Notes under the pieces: model-generated
Databases searched by the model: none
Told to the model about the DNA's origin: nothing
Seen by the model: the letters and a program-made list of their open reading frames with translations, nothing else
NCBI GenBank assembly: GCA_964035545.1
Contig: OZ037767.1
Span: 19,794,628-19,858,627, forward strand
DNA: 64,000 bases
Source: Bugula neritina
Taxonomy: Eukaryota > Animalia > Bryozoa
Reading direction: 5' to 3'
Position numbers and translations under genes: made by a program
In this document: positions 28,445-42,087 of the stretch, in pieces
Layout: each line of letters begins with the position of its first letter
Position numbering within the stretch: position 1 is the first letter of the stretch

Positions 28445-31400
28445 ATGGCATCTCTTAGAGGAAAGGTTACTATAATAACAGGTATGACTATTTTATAGTT
28501 CTATTATCAATACTTTACAAAAAGGGTATGTAAAAATTTTCTATATAGTTATAGAACTGAATGATCCTAATTTATACAACATGTCAAAGATAAATAATTG
28601 TAGAAAAAACAAAATGTTATTTGTCTTAAGGCCTAGCCTCACGCTCGTGAGAATCACACGGAATCATGCGACAATTTTCGTGAGTTATCCTCTCGTTATG
28701 ACCAGCCACACACTCGTCAGACGAAACATACACTAAATAGTCCTTGAATGAGTTTTGCACAAAATACAAACAGCAGAAAATTGCAAAATAGAGAAACGTG
28801 GTAGAAATGAAATAATTACTGTTGCTTAAAATCTATAATTGACCGATCAATTGGTGCTTATCATTGATAGTGACTTTTCTTCCAATGTCATCGATGTGTA
28901 CACTCAACGAAAACTATTTCGTTTGAATTCCCTCAAATTTTCTCGTACGATTGTTTTGTCGTGTCAAATAGACGATTTCGTGTGATTCTCACGAGTGTGA
29001 GGCCAGGTCTTTAAGCTGGATTCAATTCTTATGTTTTGCCACAACAAGTCGCTTGAGATGATGACATTCTTTTTTTTCAAAAACTTTCGTATACATCTTT
29101 TTAAACCATGTTCAAATAGAAACTGAGTTTTAGTAATACTATTCTACATGTAGGAGCCGGTTCTGGTATTGGAAGAGCCACTGCCATCCACTTTGCATTT
29201 TTTGGATCTAGACTGGCTCTCTGTGACCGAGATGAACCAAACCTGCAGGTAGGTGAAAGTTTTTGCTAACAGAGTGATATCTAAGTAATACATAGAAACT
29301 ATAGACCCTTAAGCAATAACTGTACAGTAAGAAAAGGTATATTCTTAACAGATAATTTGAATTGTCATGTAGGAGACTGTGAGTCTATGTAAAGGAGCTG
29401 GTGATGTCATCACTATAGTTGGAGATCTTACCATTGAATCTGATGTGGTGAGAATTATTGAGAAGACAATAGGACACTACAAACAGCTGGATGTGTTGGT
29501 AAGAATTAGTGTTTTTTATTGAAAGTATCCTTGTGATCTGAGAGCATAGTATAGGATGTTTGTGTTGGTAAGAATTATAAGCACTATACCTACTTAATAA
29601 AACATTTCTGAGACACTTTTAACAAAGTGATAAATAACCTTCTAGATATAATAATAAATTATACAGTATATAAAGTTATCAATGTTTTCCTAATCATTTC
29701 CCATTCTTAATTACTATAAAGTTTCATTTATACCTTCACGATTTTCATTCAGTTTCAGTAAGTCTATAAAGGGGTACTCGGACAAGCCTTATATTAACTG
29801 AAACTCAATACTTTTTCAGCAGAGGTACAATTGCAACTTAAGATTGCTAATGCACAAAATATGTAGTTATTGAACTGAAGTATGAAGAGTATTGCAAAAC
29901 CTTCATGCAAAATCTAAAGCTAAAGAAATATAAAATAAATGAATTGATAAAAGGTAGCAAAATTTTGTCAAAAAGCAAAGCAGACTTGGAAATTGTGCAA
30001 TTGAAAATAACTTAAGCTGTATTTTATATATTATTTGCGTTTATAAAGGTTAATAACGCAGGAATTGCAAGATTCAGCAGCATCATGGAAGAGACTCTGG
30101 AACAATTTGACTTGATAATGGCTACCAATGTCAGAGCTGTTTACCATCTGACACAACTGGCTGTTCCACATCTGATTGAGAGTAAAGGATCCATTGTCAT
30201 CACATCTAGTGTTACATCAGCAATATCAGTAAGGAATTTTTTTATACTTGTAATCAAAAAGCTAGTTGTTGATTCAAATGCAAAATCCTGCTTGGTTGGT
30301 TTTTATTTATTTTGATAACTCTATTACAAGAAATAGGACAGGCAATAATTTCAACACGTTACAATGGTATGCAGTTGGTGCAGTTGGCGGCTTGTAAATG
30401 AAGAGGTTAAGCTATTTAAATTCAATTGGTTTCTATTCTTGACAAAATTCTTACACTAATAAGATATAGCATAATGAAGGTTCACTGTAATATGTTTATC
30501 ATTAGGATGTATATACAATTTCCACTTCACTCTCACGCTATTTTGACTTGGTATCGCATAACGGATAGCAAGTATAACGCAGAGAGAAAAGCTGTGTAAT
30601 AATTAGATGACATTTAGGAGCGCATTAGGAGCATAACATCAAGATTAAAAACGCTGATACATGATGAAATCTAGCTCAGTAAGCCATCAGCACTCTTTAT
30701 AAATTAATTTATAGTTTTCAAATAACATATTTATATTATAATACAACCTTTCAAATTTTTAAATTTATATCATCTTATAAAATCTACATCCATTCATCTC
30801 GAAGGCTAAAACAAATGGCTAACATATGTTACTTTTTCAGTGTCCTTCAGCTTTGGCATACGGAATGTCAAAAGCAGCCTTAGACCAGTTTACAAGAAGT
30901 TTAGCCTTAGATCTGGCTCCTAAACAAGTCAGGGTTAACAGTGTCAAGTGAGTATTTATTACATAAACTAATTTGTATTGAAATAGAAAACCAAAATAAT
31001 TCTTAATAAAAGTAATTAAAATTGGGTGTCTATAAACTATCTCTTTGGTTACGTATGTTAAAAATTGCTCAGCACACATTTGATTTATAGAAAAGTAATT
31101 TACTTGAAATCTGGAGCATGCTTTGTGCTACATAATACCTTCTTATTCGATCAAAGATTTGCAGATTTGTGCTTCAATAAATTATATTATGTTGATTTGT
31201 GCATTTAATCACAGATACCGGAGTATTCAGTGCCAAATCATGATATTGCATGTTTTTGTGTTTATTAATTAATTATATTTACCGATACTTTTTAGTAGCC
31301 ATAGGCAGTGTGACTAAATACCCACAGTCAGTTCTAAAATGTTACTAGACTGCCAGTCTTAATTTTCTTTTGGATTTTTCCAAGTTTTATTGTAAGCAGC

Positions 31401-32020
31401 TGGTTATATAAGTGTAATATTATGGTTGTGGATGAAGTGGATTATATTTTGACATTAATGAACATGAGCAAGTATAGTATTTAACATGGTGATAACTTTA
31501 TTCAAACTGAAGGTAACCTTGACCTAATAAAAGCGTAACATTATAGCGAGTACATTATAATACAACAATAAGGAAATATAATAAACACTATAAAGTGGCA
31601 GCGTTTACAACAAGACATGTACCTGCATTATTCTGATATGATCTTTTGTAAATTTATTTTAGCCCAGGTGTAATTGTGACAAACATATATGATACCACAA
31701 TGCCAAAAGATGCAGTACCAACAGTAGGTGTAGCTAACTCCCTGCATATTTTTGAAAAATTAACAATATTCATTTAACCCATGATTTCTTTCATTTCATT
31801 ATAGCCAAAAAGTGAAATGTGTTATGATTGCTTTTAGTTTCTCCAAAAAGTTGGCACTGCTTACCCCATACGAAGAATTGGGCAACCGGAAGAAGTAGCT
31901 AAGTCTATAGCTTTCCTGGCTAGTAGTGAGTCAAGTTTTACCACAGGAGTCCAACTTGTGTTAGATGGAGGGTTTCACTTGAGCCCAGCTGAGATTCTCT
32001 CAAAATTAAACCAAAATTAA
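28445..32020 (+). CDS. SDR paralog D, 262 aa (exons 28445-28481, 29154-29248, 29373-29498, 30049-30228, 30841-30947, 31663-31723, 31838-32020)
   Basis: TGAGSGIG, CDRD, VNNAG, ITSS, YGMSK, VNSVNPG, LDGG; frame open, GT-AG introns. Confidence 0.93.
28629..29010. mobile_element. MITE, PIF/Harbinger-like, in intron 1 of gene D
   Basis: Roughly 37-bp TIRs (AGGCCTAGCCTCACGCTCGTGAGAATCACACG... and its reverse complement); TTA duplicated on both sides; a single TTA at the homologous site in H and I. Confidence 0.85.
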
Positions 32021-32699
32021 CATATGCAATAATTTTAGCTTTTTTGTTTTACAATTATTCAATTATTTACTTGGTTTGCTGTTTAAAACTAGTCTACCTT
32101 AAATTACAGGTAGCCTACATGTAATAAGGTAGTCTACCTTATCAAATATAGTCTACAACACGATTAACAGACTAATCATATGTTTGATCCCCTTCTTTAG
32201 TTCTCACATGTTATCAGTGAAATTTTCATGTAATCATTTTTGCTCAGCTTGCTCTGTTTTATAAAAACGTAATTGAAATAAAATAAAAATTGAACTTAAA
32301 GTATTAATTGAAATACAAATTTCTGTCAAGCTCTCTGTGCTGTGTTGTAAAAAATAATAATTGTATATTGCCTTACCTATTATTACTTATTATATTACAG
32401 TGTGATGCAGTATATTATATTTTAGTATTGCTCTACCCAAAGAGTGGAGTGTATTTTACATGCCATTGTATAAGAAAGAGTATGAAAAACTGGAACAAAA
32501 GTACTTATGATGGTTATACTCATGCAACACAACCAGACATACAATGCGTTTTCATTTCACATAAGCAGCTTATAGTTGCAATATCAAATGTTGTTATCTA
32601 TCGCTAGATAATTTTGTCAGAAAACTTTATTTGGAAAATATTCACTGCTTGATCACACGGCACCAAAAGGTCAAGAGGTCAAACCAATTGCATATTGCT

Positions 32700-33330
32700 C
32701 TACAAATATATATATGTACGTGTATATTATTATATGCTCATATATGTAACTGTATACTACTCTATGTTCATCTATGTAGTTGTATATTACTATATATTGA
32801 TCTATGTAAGTGTATATTACCTACTATATGCTCATCTATGTATATTAATATACATGTTCATGCATATACTTTGTTTTGCATTTAAAGTTATTCAATGGTC
32901 TATAATTTTCTCATGTGTAGATCCAAGATTTCTGAGCACATTTCAAAACAGACCAGGCATTAAGCAAAAATGCTTACTCATTCCCAGGCATTTCTGTCCA
33001 TTACATTAATCCCTGGCCGATTAAGTGTATTGTATATAATCACTGAAAAAGAATTATTTTATACTCGTGCATTTAATATAATAAGCGCTTCAACAAAAGA
33101 CTTCCATGAACAAAATTGGATATTCAGATTAAAATGTATGCCATGCTTTTAAACCCTTATGCAAGCTTCATTCAATGTTGTTCTGAATTCATGTGGCCTA
33201 TTCAGCTTCAATATTGACTAAAATAATGAAATGCTTACTGCAGTGGTTATAGAGTGAATAACAGGTGTGGGAAGGGTTAATTTATTAGCAAGTAAACATT
33301 TAATAGTAAAAATAAGGATAATAAAGTCTG
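32700..33330 (+). repeat. Third copy of the 30-bp minisatellite plus its conserved downstream block
   Basis: TTCAAAACAGACCAGGCA...AAAATGCTTACTCATT is shared with about 16290 and 27368. Confidence 0.8.
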
Positions 33331-33595
33331 CATACTAATAAACTTATTAAGTTTGGGCAACTACATCTATAACTATATACTACCTGAAATAAACATTCTT
33401 TTATCAACACTAAAAGATATGAAAGTATGTCACTGTAAACATGAAAACAATGTGCAACATTCAGCAAAAAGTTGGTTAAAAGTATATAAATTATTTAAAG
33501 AATAAGTATAATATATTCAATCAGAACATCCAGAACAGACTAAGCTAAACTGTTACTTCATTGAGTACCCTTTTCTGTCTACGTTAGTGTGGCTC

Positions 33596-36500
33596 TTATG
33601 GAACACATTTGGTATTCAATTGAATTCCCCCATCCACTTGCAGAAGAACTCCAGTAGTGAAACAGGCATCAGTACTAGCAAGGAAGGCAATAGACTTTGC
33701 CACATCTTCCGGATTTCCTGCTCTCCCCAGTGGGTAAATACTCTTTGCACCTTCCATTAGCTAAAATTAATTGTTCCAATATAAGATGTATATTTATAAT
33801 CTTACTCATAAATTTTTGATTATTAATGCAATTTTCAAATATTTTACAGTAGCTTACCAAAATACAAGAAAAATGCATTAAGCCCTATAACTTTTACTTA
33901 TTTTGTTTTGCTCTGTATTTACTATAATATACTTACTCCATACTTACTTTATATTCGCTTTATACTTACTCTGTGCACTTACTTTATAAAAACTTACGGA
34001 AGTTTATAGTGACCATTCCTGTGAGAAAACCACTTATGGAAAGGTTTTTCAAGAGGCTAAGAACACTTATTCCAATGGGGCACAGCAGCATTAGTGACTG
34101 GATGCTCTTCCTAACATCCTCAATGGCCTTTACTAGGGGGATCAAACCCCTGACTGCTAGTTAACTAAGCCAGCACTTTAACCCATGTAGGCCACGGCTG
34201 CTCTCTATTATACTTGCCTTATATATCTATAACTGTATACTTATTCTATACTTACTTTATACTTACTATATATTAGGATCAACTTTGCCACATAAACTCA
34301 AATATTATGTTTTATTAAAAATACTGACCTGTTCAACTTTTTCTTTAGGCATTAAGTCATCAAAGATGTTAGTTACAATCAATCCAGGGCTACAATAACA
34401 AGGCAAACAATCTCTATTTAGAAACAAAATTATTATAGCATAATTGTGCTTAGCTAATTTAAGATTTTTATTTTATTACGTGATATTCTAATGATGGAAA
34501 TTTAATTGCCTCGCAAAGCTTCTATATAATATATTGTTTGTGTTTAGGAATCATATTTAAAAAAAGGCAATAACAGTGTGAAAGATGTGTCATCACATTA
34601 TGAGTAATTTAAGTAGCTATACTTAAACAGAAAGAAATCAAAAAGTTTTGTTGAATGTCTTCTATAAAACTATTGCTTATACTCACTTGACACTGTTCAC
34701 CCTCACTTGTTTAGGAGCAAGATCAAAGGCTATACTTCTAGTGAACTGGTCTAAGGCTGCTTTTGACATTCCATAAGCTAATGCCATTGGGCACTAAACA
34801 AACAAAACAAAAAGTAACACTATGTTTTAAGCCAAATGCTTTTCTCTTGTTTTGCAATAAATTGTACTAATAAAACAATAATTACAGATTGTTTAAATAG
34901 TTTAAATGAAAATGATTTTAATAATAAATTTATCATAGAAATCACAAGTATTTTAACTTTTCATTTTTTTAATGCTGACAGTTTTAAGCTGACTAAGGAC
35001 TTTTCAATTCAGCATGCCTCGTACCATATTACAGAAGCTTTCAAAATAAAACAGCACTAAATTATTAATAAAATTATGTCTTCTCTGTCTTGGTTCAAAC
35101 CCCTGACTTATTGCTTGTTTATGGCATTTTAGTTCAACACTCAAATCAACTTATTTATTTCTACTATGCCGTGTTAAACTTTTCACTCTCAAATCTATTC
35201 AACATAATGGTTATAATTGAGAGATCGTGCAATTAAACGACATAACCTTAGAACATTGCAGATGTTTTAAAACTATTAACATAATGTTATTGTAGTATCT
35301 ACTAGTAAAATCTTCATAGTTAGAGTCATTTTTTTACAATCTTAAGGTAGTAAACAATATAGTAGTTATTTAATAACTATAGCTAAAAAAATATTATAAG
35401 GTTATTGAATTGGCAGACTCACAGGTGCGTGTGCTAGTACACTAGACACATTGACAATGGCTCCTTTACTCTTAATCAGATGTGGAACAGCCAGTTGTGT
35501 GAGTTTAACAACAGACCGAACATTGGTAGCCATGATGGAGTCAAACTGCTCTATTGGCTCTGTCTCAATCCCCGAGAATTTTATTATCCCGGCATTGTTG
35601 ACCTATAACAGAGAAAAAGATTGGATTTACATTTCAAATAGTATAGTGAATTTTTCTATAAATCTCAGTTTGCTCCTTAGTATATATTGTCTGCTCCAGC
35701 TTATAGTGCCGCTATAACAAAGACGGTAGCTTATATAAGTAAACTATTGTATTTAAATAAAGTTATTTGTGCTTCATCATTATATAAAAAACTCATGCAA
35801 GTTTATATAGTCACTATTCCTATGATCAACCATTTGATGGAAAGTATTTTTTAAAGCAGGCTAACAATTTATTCATATGAGACACAGAAAAAATCATGAC
35901 TTGATGCTCTTCCTAAGATCACCAACGGCCTTAGCTGGGGTTCAAACCCATGAAATCGTGCTTACTAAGCCATCCATTTTACTCCTATAAGGGGTTAAAG
36001 TGCTTAGTTGAAGCGCAGTTTAAAAAACCTAATAGTGCATCAATATATTTTGGCCTAACTAAGAATATTTGTAAAAATTAATTGATATTAACATGCACTT
36101 TTTGTTACTGCTTGCAAATGAGAAAATGGGTGGACTTCTCAAGCATAAGATAACCCATATTCAGCTTATCTTTATAACTATTATGTAGTTATTGAATACA
36201 AATTTTGCAGTTTAATTTGTACTATATTTTTGTTCAATTAAAGACTATCGCAGTTATTGAAATATATATATCTGTAAAGTGAAAGTGTTCTATATAGTTA
36301 AAGAAGTTTAATAAAAACATGAGATGAGCAAAACTTGACCAGGTCATAGATATAAAAAAATTGACAAAAGAAAATTGGCTGAATTGCTTAACCCACCAGT
36401 ACATCCAGCTGTTTGAAGTGTCCTACAGTTTTTTCCACAATTTTAGTCAAATCAGAATCAATAGTGAGATCCCCGACAACTATGAGAATACCACCTGCTC

Positions 36501-37139
36501 CTTTACACAGCTTCTCGGTTTGCTGAAAGACATACAACATATTATCATGGGATACATACTTTACCTTAATATAATACATACTATACCTTCATGTAATACA
36601 TGCTAAACCTTCATGTAATACATGCTATATACTTTTACATGATACATACTATACCCTAATATAATACATGCTATACCTTCATGTAATACATGCTATACTT
36701 TTACATGATACATGCTATACCTTAATATAATACATGCTACACTTTTATATAATACATGCTATACCTTAATTATATAATACATATATACTATACTTTCATA
36801 TAATACATATCCCCAAATTTCACATAATATGTACACACTCTACTAATTCATATAATACATTCTAAACTGAGCTGCTAAGCAATCTTTCACACTTACTTTA
36901 AGATTTGCCTCATTTCTACCACAAAGAACCAATTTAGATCCAAGAGATGCAAAGTGGATGGCAGTGCCTCTCCCAATACCGGAACTGGCCCCTGTATCAA
37001 AAGAATTAGGTATAGTGAAAATTACTTTACTATATACACAACAATTAAAATAACTCAATAAAATTTAACCTAAACCTTTTATTTATAACTAAAGCTTCAT
37101 ACCAGTAATTATAACAACTTTTCCTTTTAGTGACGCCAT
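33596..37139 (-). CDS. SDR paralog E (most divergent), 256 aa (exons 37139-37103, 36991-36897, 36522-36397, 35602-35423, 34793-34687, 34389-34329, 33760-33596)
   Basis: [37 protein letters not shown]; frame open. Confidence 0.93.
33990..34206 (-). mobile_element. tRNA-derived SINE copy (intron 6 of E)
   Basis: Shares GACTGGATGCTCTTCCTAACATC and the tRNA-like head with 26644-26865. Confidence 0.78.
35791..35988 (-). mobile_element. Degenerate SINE copy (intron 3 of E)
   Basis: GACTTGATGCTCTTCCTAAGATCACC core, collinear with the other copies. Confidence 0.68.
36550..36810 (+). repeat. Approximately 22-bp minisatellite (ATACCTTCATGTAATACATGCT-like)
   Basis: Directly visible in intron 2 of E. 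Confidence 0.85.
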
Positions 37140-37969
37140 CAGGGAAGGTGAAGGAAATTAATGTAAAGCTCTTTCTACTACAAAAGCCCAGCAACTTTTC
37201 CTCATGTACAATAACCGACTAGCATTCAGAATATGTTATCAGATCTGTAAGTTGTAAATTATGCACTTTATGAAAAGATAAGATAGCCTTAAATATACGG
37301 CAGAGCAAAATGTACTGAAAGAGGTACTGGAAAATCCAGCTACAGTTGATAAAAAAGATTCTGTGAAACTCAGGCTTGAGCATAAAACTGCTGTCTCATG
37401 GTTTACAACTTCCATACAATGTATTGATTGTATAGACACAGACTGCGTCCTGCCCCTGAAAGGGGAGTGAAGCTTAACAATTGCGTCTTTTAAGCATCTA
37501 TTGTGTCTATATTTATGATAAATAACTTCAAATCAATGCCTCATTATTTCTTTAGCTATTGATACTGCTACAGGGCTCGATTATTGCTCTTTGAAAACAC
37601 ACTTTGATTGTATAAGCATACTTAACCCAGGTTCCTTATTTAACTGCGAGGGGACTTCATGTATGTACAAGTAAAGTGTAGCTTTGAAGGAAATAGGATT
37701 TTTATTAGTTTGCTGAGTGCTATTTACAACTAAGGATGCTTTGCAGTTTAATATAAAACACACATGTACCCTCACTCATACCTAGCTCCGGTTATCCTAA
37801 AGTTGTCTGCACTTGCAGAAGTTGCTTGTAACATCTTTATGGTCACTAGTTTACATTTGACAGTTGATTTTAGAATTCATTTGTTAGAGCTGGTGTAGAG
37901 ATATCCACATTAACTAATTATATAATTAATTATGTAATAGACATTGGTGCTGGCTAAAATTTGTTGCAG

Positions 37970-38145
37970 GTATGTGCATATATGTGTGCATGAGTGTGCT
38001 GTGCGTGCGTGTGTGCGTGCGTGCGTGTGTGTGTGTACATGTGCGCGTGTGTGTGCGTGGTATGTGTGTGTCTGTGTGTTTATGTGTATGTGTATGTGTG
38101 TATGTGTGAATCTGTGTGCGCGTGTGTGTGTGTGTGTGTGTGTGC
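37970..38145. repeat. Imperfect (GT)/(GCGT)n microsatellite
   Basis: Directly visible. Confidence 0.9.
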
Positions 38146-38842
38146 AAATGGTTTTTACTAATCATGTCCCGCTCTAGACACAGCTTCTCAATCAAGCTGC
38201 TTCAGGGGATATAAATAACTAAGTGTCTACAAGAACAAAATTTGCCCTAAAATTGATTTGATTTGGCCCACACCTTTAAAGTCCCATTATCACCCAAAGT
38301 TTTTTGCAAATTTCGAAACATTATATAAGTATAATGTGTCAATGCTTAATCAACAGCTTGTGTGAGATGTGACAATACTTCTTGAAGCCACAGCGGCCAA
38401 CAGGGTGGTGACAAGTCATATTTCTGATAGAAAATATCTAGAGATTTACATATAATCGCAACGTAGCAGCAAGTAAAAAGAAAAGGCAAATTAATGTAAT
38501 GAATCAATATAATATATTTGTATGTATTATTGCTATGTTTTAATATGATATAATCATAAAAACATTAGTAGATAAGAATACAAGCAAGCGGGAATTTGTA
38601 GTAAAAATCAGTGTTTTAGGTTAATATTGTTATATGGTATTTTTAAACCTATTTGTGCTGACAATGATGACTCTCTATTTTTAACAAAACAAGATTTCAA
38701 AGAATTGGCCCCACTTGTAGTTTATATGTCTAAACTTTTTGAAGGTTTTACAAATTTGTATACTGCATTATCAAACCAAAATATTATGATCTCGTTTTTA
38801 TTTACAGATTTATTCAGAATATCGAAGTGTTTGTCATAAGCA

Positions 38843-40267
38843 CTACTCAGTGATAACTTTAACGTTCAGGTGACTCCCTCCATCCAGCTCCAAGTGTGTA
38901 CCCGTGGTAAAACTTGACTCGCTACTAGCCAGGAAAGCTATAGCCTTAGCTACCTCTTCTGGCTGTCCAACTCTCCCAATAGGAAACACACAGGCAGCTC
39001 TCTTTAAAAACTAAACGTTTAAAATTATGTCAGTTTGCAGCAAATAACTTTAAGTATGAATCTGTAATTCTATAATAAAAGTAGAAAAAATGTTGCAATT
39101 AAATTCATCATTGATATTTGTTTAATCAAGCCACACAGCCTGTATAAGAATACAAGTGCATATGCAAAGGGAAGAAAATCAATGTGCACCACTAATTGTC
39201 TTCATGTCCACATAACCTATTTATTATAATATACCACTGCTTACACAAAATATACATATATATTTAAGAGAGGCTGTAATACATAGTGTCCATACTCACA
39301 TCTGGTACTTGCTCTTTTGGCATCCTTTTGGCAAACATGTTTGTTTCAATAATACCAGGACTAAAATGAAAATATAATAATATCTGGTATGTATTCCTTG
39401 TAGTGCTGACAATAATATATATAATAATTATTATATATATTATTGTCTGGAAATGGAGAACAAGGGTGATTAACATTTTATGATTTAAACTGACACATGC
39501 TTGCAGCTTATTTTTGGCAATGTGTCTTTTGCTAGAAATATGAGGGAAATATGTATTAATGGAAATATGCCATTTGGTTATAAACACACACAACCAATAC
39601 CAGCAGTAATAAAATTTCAGCAAAGCTAACCATAATGCACGCAGTTAAAACACCAAAACACCTAAAGATGAAAATAATCGTCACTACTTCTTTATAGATA
39701 TTATCCTGATCAGCTTGCCAAAATATAATACATTATTGTATCTTCTCCTGTGAACGATTTTGTATATATTTACTTACTTAACACTGTTGACCCTCACTTG
39801 TTTAGGAGCCAGATCTAAGGCTAAACTTCTGGTGAATATATTTAGGGCTGCTTTTGACATGCCATAGGCCAATCCTAGTGGATTCTAGAATGTAAGAAAG
39901 GGGAACAAAGTGATGAGAGTTTATTCTGCAAATATAAATTAATGGGAAAAAAGGCACAAAAGTCAAATGCTTATATCATGTAAAATGTCTTACAGGTGTC
40001 ATTCCCAGTATACTAGACACATTTACAATAGATCCTTTGCTCTCAATCAGATGTGGAACGGCAAGTTTAGTCAACTGAAAAACTGCTTGGACGTTGGTAG
40101 CCATCATCGTGTCGAAATGTTCCAGCGTCTCAACCATAATACCACCAAACTGCGCCACACCAGCATTGTTAATCTGAAGAGATCAATGTGCAATTGAATT
40201 ATGTTAATATATACTATATTACCTGTTGGAAAGCTTATTTGTGTTTATATGAAACTCAAGAGCATAA

Positions 40268-40313
<46 letters not shown>

Positions 40314-42087
40314 CATAGAATAGCAATATCATATATATAGAGTGCGCCCTCGCTCACTAAGCTACTGTCCCAAAACCTCAAGTCATGACATAGTGAAATA
40401 CCCTATTTAACTCATGGATCCGTTGAATTTGGACATTTTGTACCTATACACACATACAATTACATAAATGTGTATACACAAAGCTTCTGGCCATTTAATC
40501 TAAACTTGTCAGCTTATACACAAGTTCATTTGACCTCAGTCCGATTATTTTTAAAACAACGCATTTCACACCCATTAGTTTTAAAACAAATATCCATCCC
40601 AAATAATGATGACACTACTTACTCAAAATTTGAAATTGACACTAAAAAGTCTTATGTCACATATTTTTAATGATATTTCAGCCAAAAAACCTCAATCCAA
40701 GCCCTTTTCGTGACCTATGGAATCTCATGAGAAGGGTATCCATGAGCATTGTACTTATAGTAAAGACAAGCAGAAAATAAAGTATACAACATTTATATGG
40801 CTGAGCATGTAGGTGCTACAAATTATACTTTCATACACTTTCATTAGAGTAGACATTTATTCTAATGCTGTGCTTTGGCACGCTTATATAAATATTTTAC
40901 ATATAGGCCTATGAGTAGTATATCATTAAGACATATAATATTATATTATGTTATATTTATACAGCTACATTATGTTATCCAAACTTAAGATTCTTACCAG
41001 CACATCCAGCTGTTTGTAGTGTTCTATTGTCTCCTCAATTATTCTCACCACATCAGATTCAATGGTAAGATCTCCAACTATAGTGATGACATCACCAGCT
41101 CCTTTACACTGACTCACAGTCTCCTAATAGCAGAAGATGCAGTGTTAATGTATCTAATATTATAATCATATAACAATGGCTTAGTTCAAGTCTTTATTAT
41201 GAATATCAAAGCACCGAATCAGGCATGTTTTGGCTGAAGGAAGTAGTTGGTAAAAGAATAATTTGCCAGATAAATACCATCTCTTGTTAAAAGGAAAACT
41301 AAAAAATGTTGAAGCGCACAGCATGGATGCAGTTAAACAAAAATTATTATTATTAGCTTAAGAAAATAAGATGCCCAATCAAATAGCAATATGCTTTTGA
41401 CAGCATTATATCCATATCATGCAAAAGACTGGCTCACATGGAGGTTTGGTTCATCTCTGTCACAGAGTGCCAGTCTAGATCCAAGAGATGCAAAGTGGAT
41501 GGCAGTGGCTCTTCCGATACCATAACTGGCTCCTGTATTATCAAGATAAAAGAAGTATTTTAGACAACCTATACATGTCTTATTATCTCTATTATCTCAT
41601 AGTTAAGATGGTGTCACTAGACACACACACACACGCACGCACGCATGCACGCACGCACGCATGCACACACGCAACACACGCAACACATACAACACATATG
41701 TGCACATGTACATGCAACACAGATGTACACGCAACACACAACACCACACTGCAACACACAGCGCAACACACCACACAACACACAAAACACACAATGCAAC
41801 AACACAATTCAAAACACACAGTGTAACAAACTAAACACACAACGCAACGCATATGAAATAGATTTTGCATGTTATAAACTTCACAAAATATGATTGCTCT
41901 AATATAAATTAGGCATGCAAAAGAAATGAAGGAATGTGATTAACGTATCATTACAACTATTATATTATAATATTATTGTATTATTATATTATAATATTAT
42001 AATATTATTATATTATAATATTATAATATTATAATATTTGCTATTCTTACCAGTGATTAAAGTTACTTTTCCAATGAGATTAGCCAT
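38843..42087 (-). CDS. SDR paralog F, 257 aa (exons 42087-42051, 41532-41438, 41123-40998, 40173-39994, 39884-39778, 39360-39300, 39010-38843)
   Basis: [37 protein letters not shown]; frame open. Confidence 0.93.
41620..41850. repeat. CA-rich low-complexity repeat in intron 1 of F
   Basis: Directly visible. Confidence 0.9.

Noticed and set aside
31990-32020. Peroxisomal SKL signal in gene D
   Set aside because: SKL is followed by NQN before the stop, so it is not C-terminal.
37926-41893. His/Thr- and Cys/Val-rich ORFs (also 7018-7338 and 12118-12411)
   Set aside because: Translations of microsatellites.
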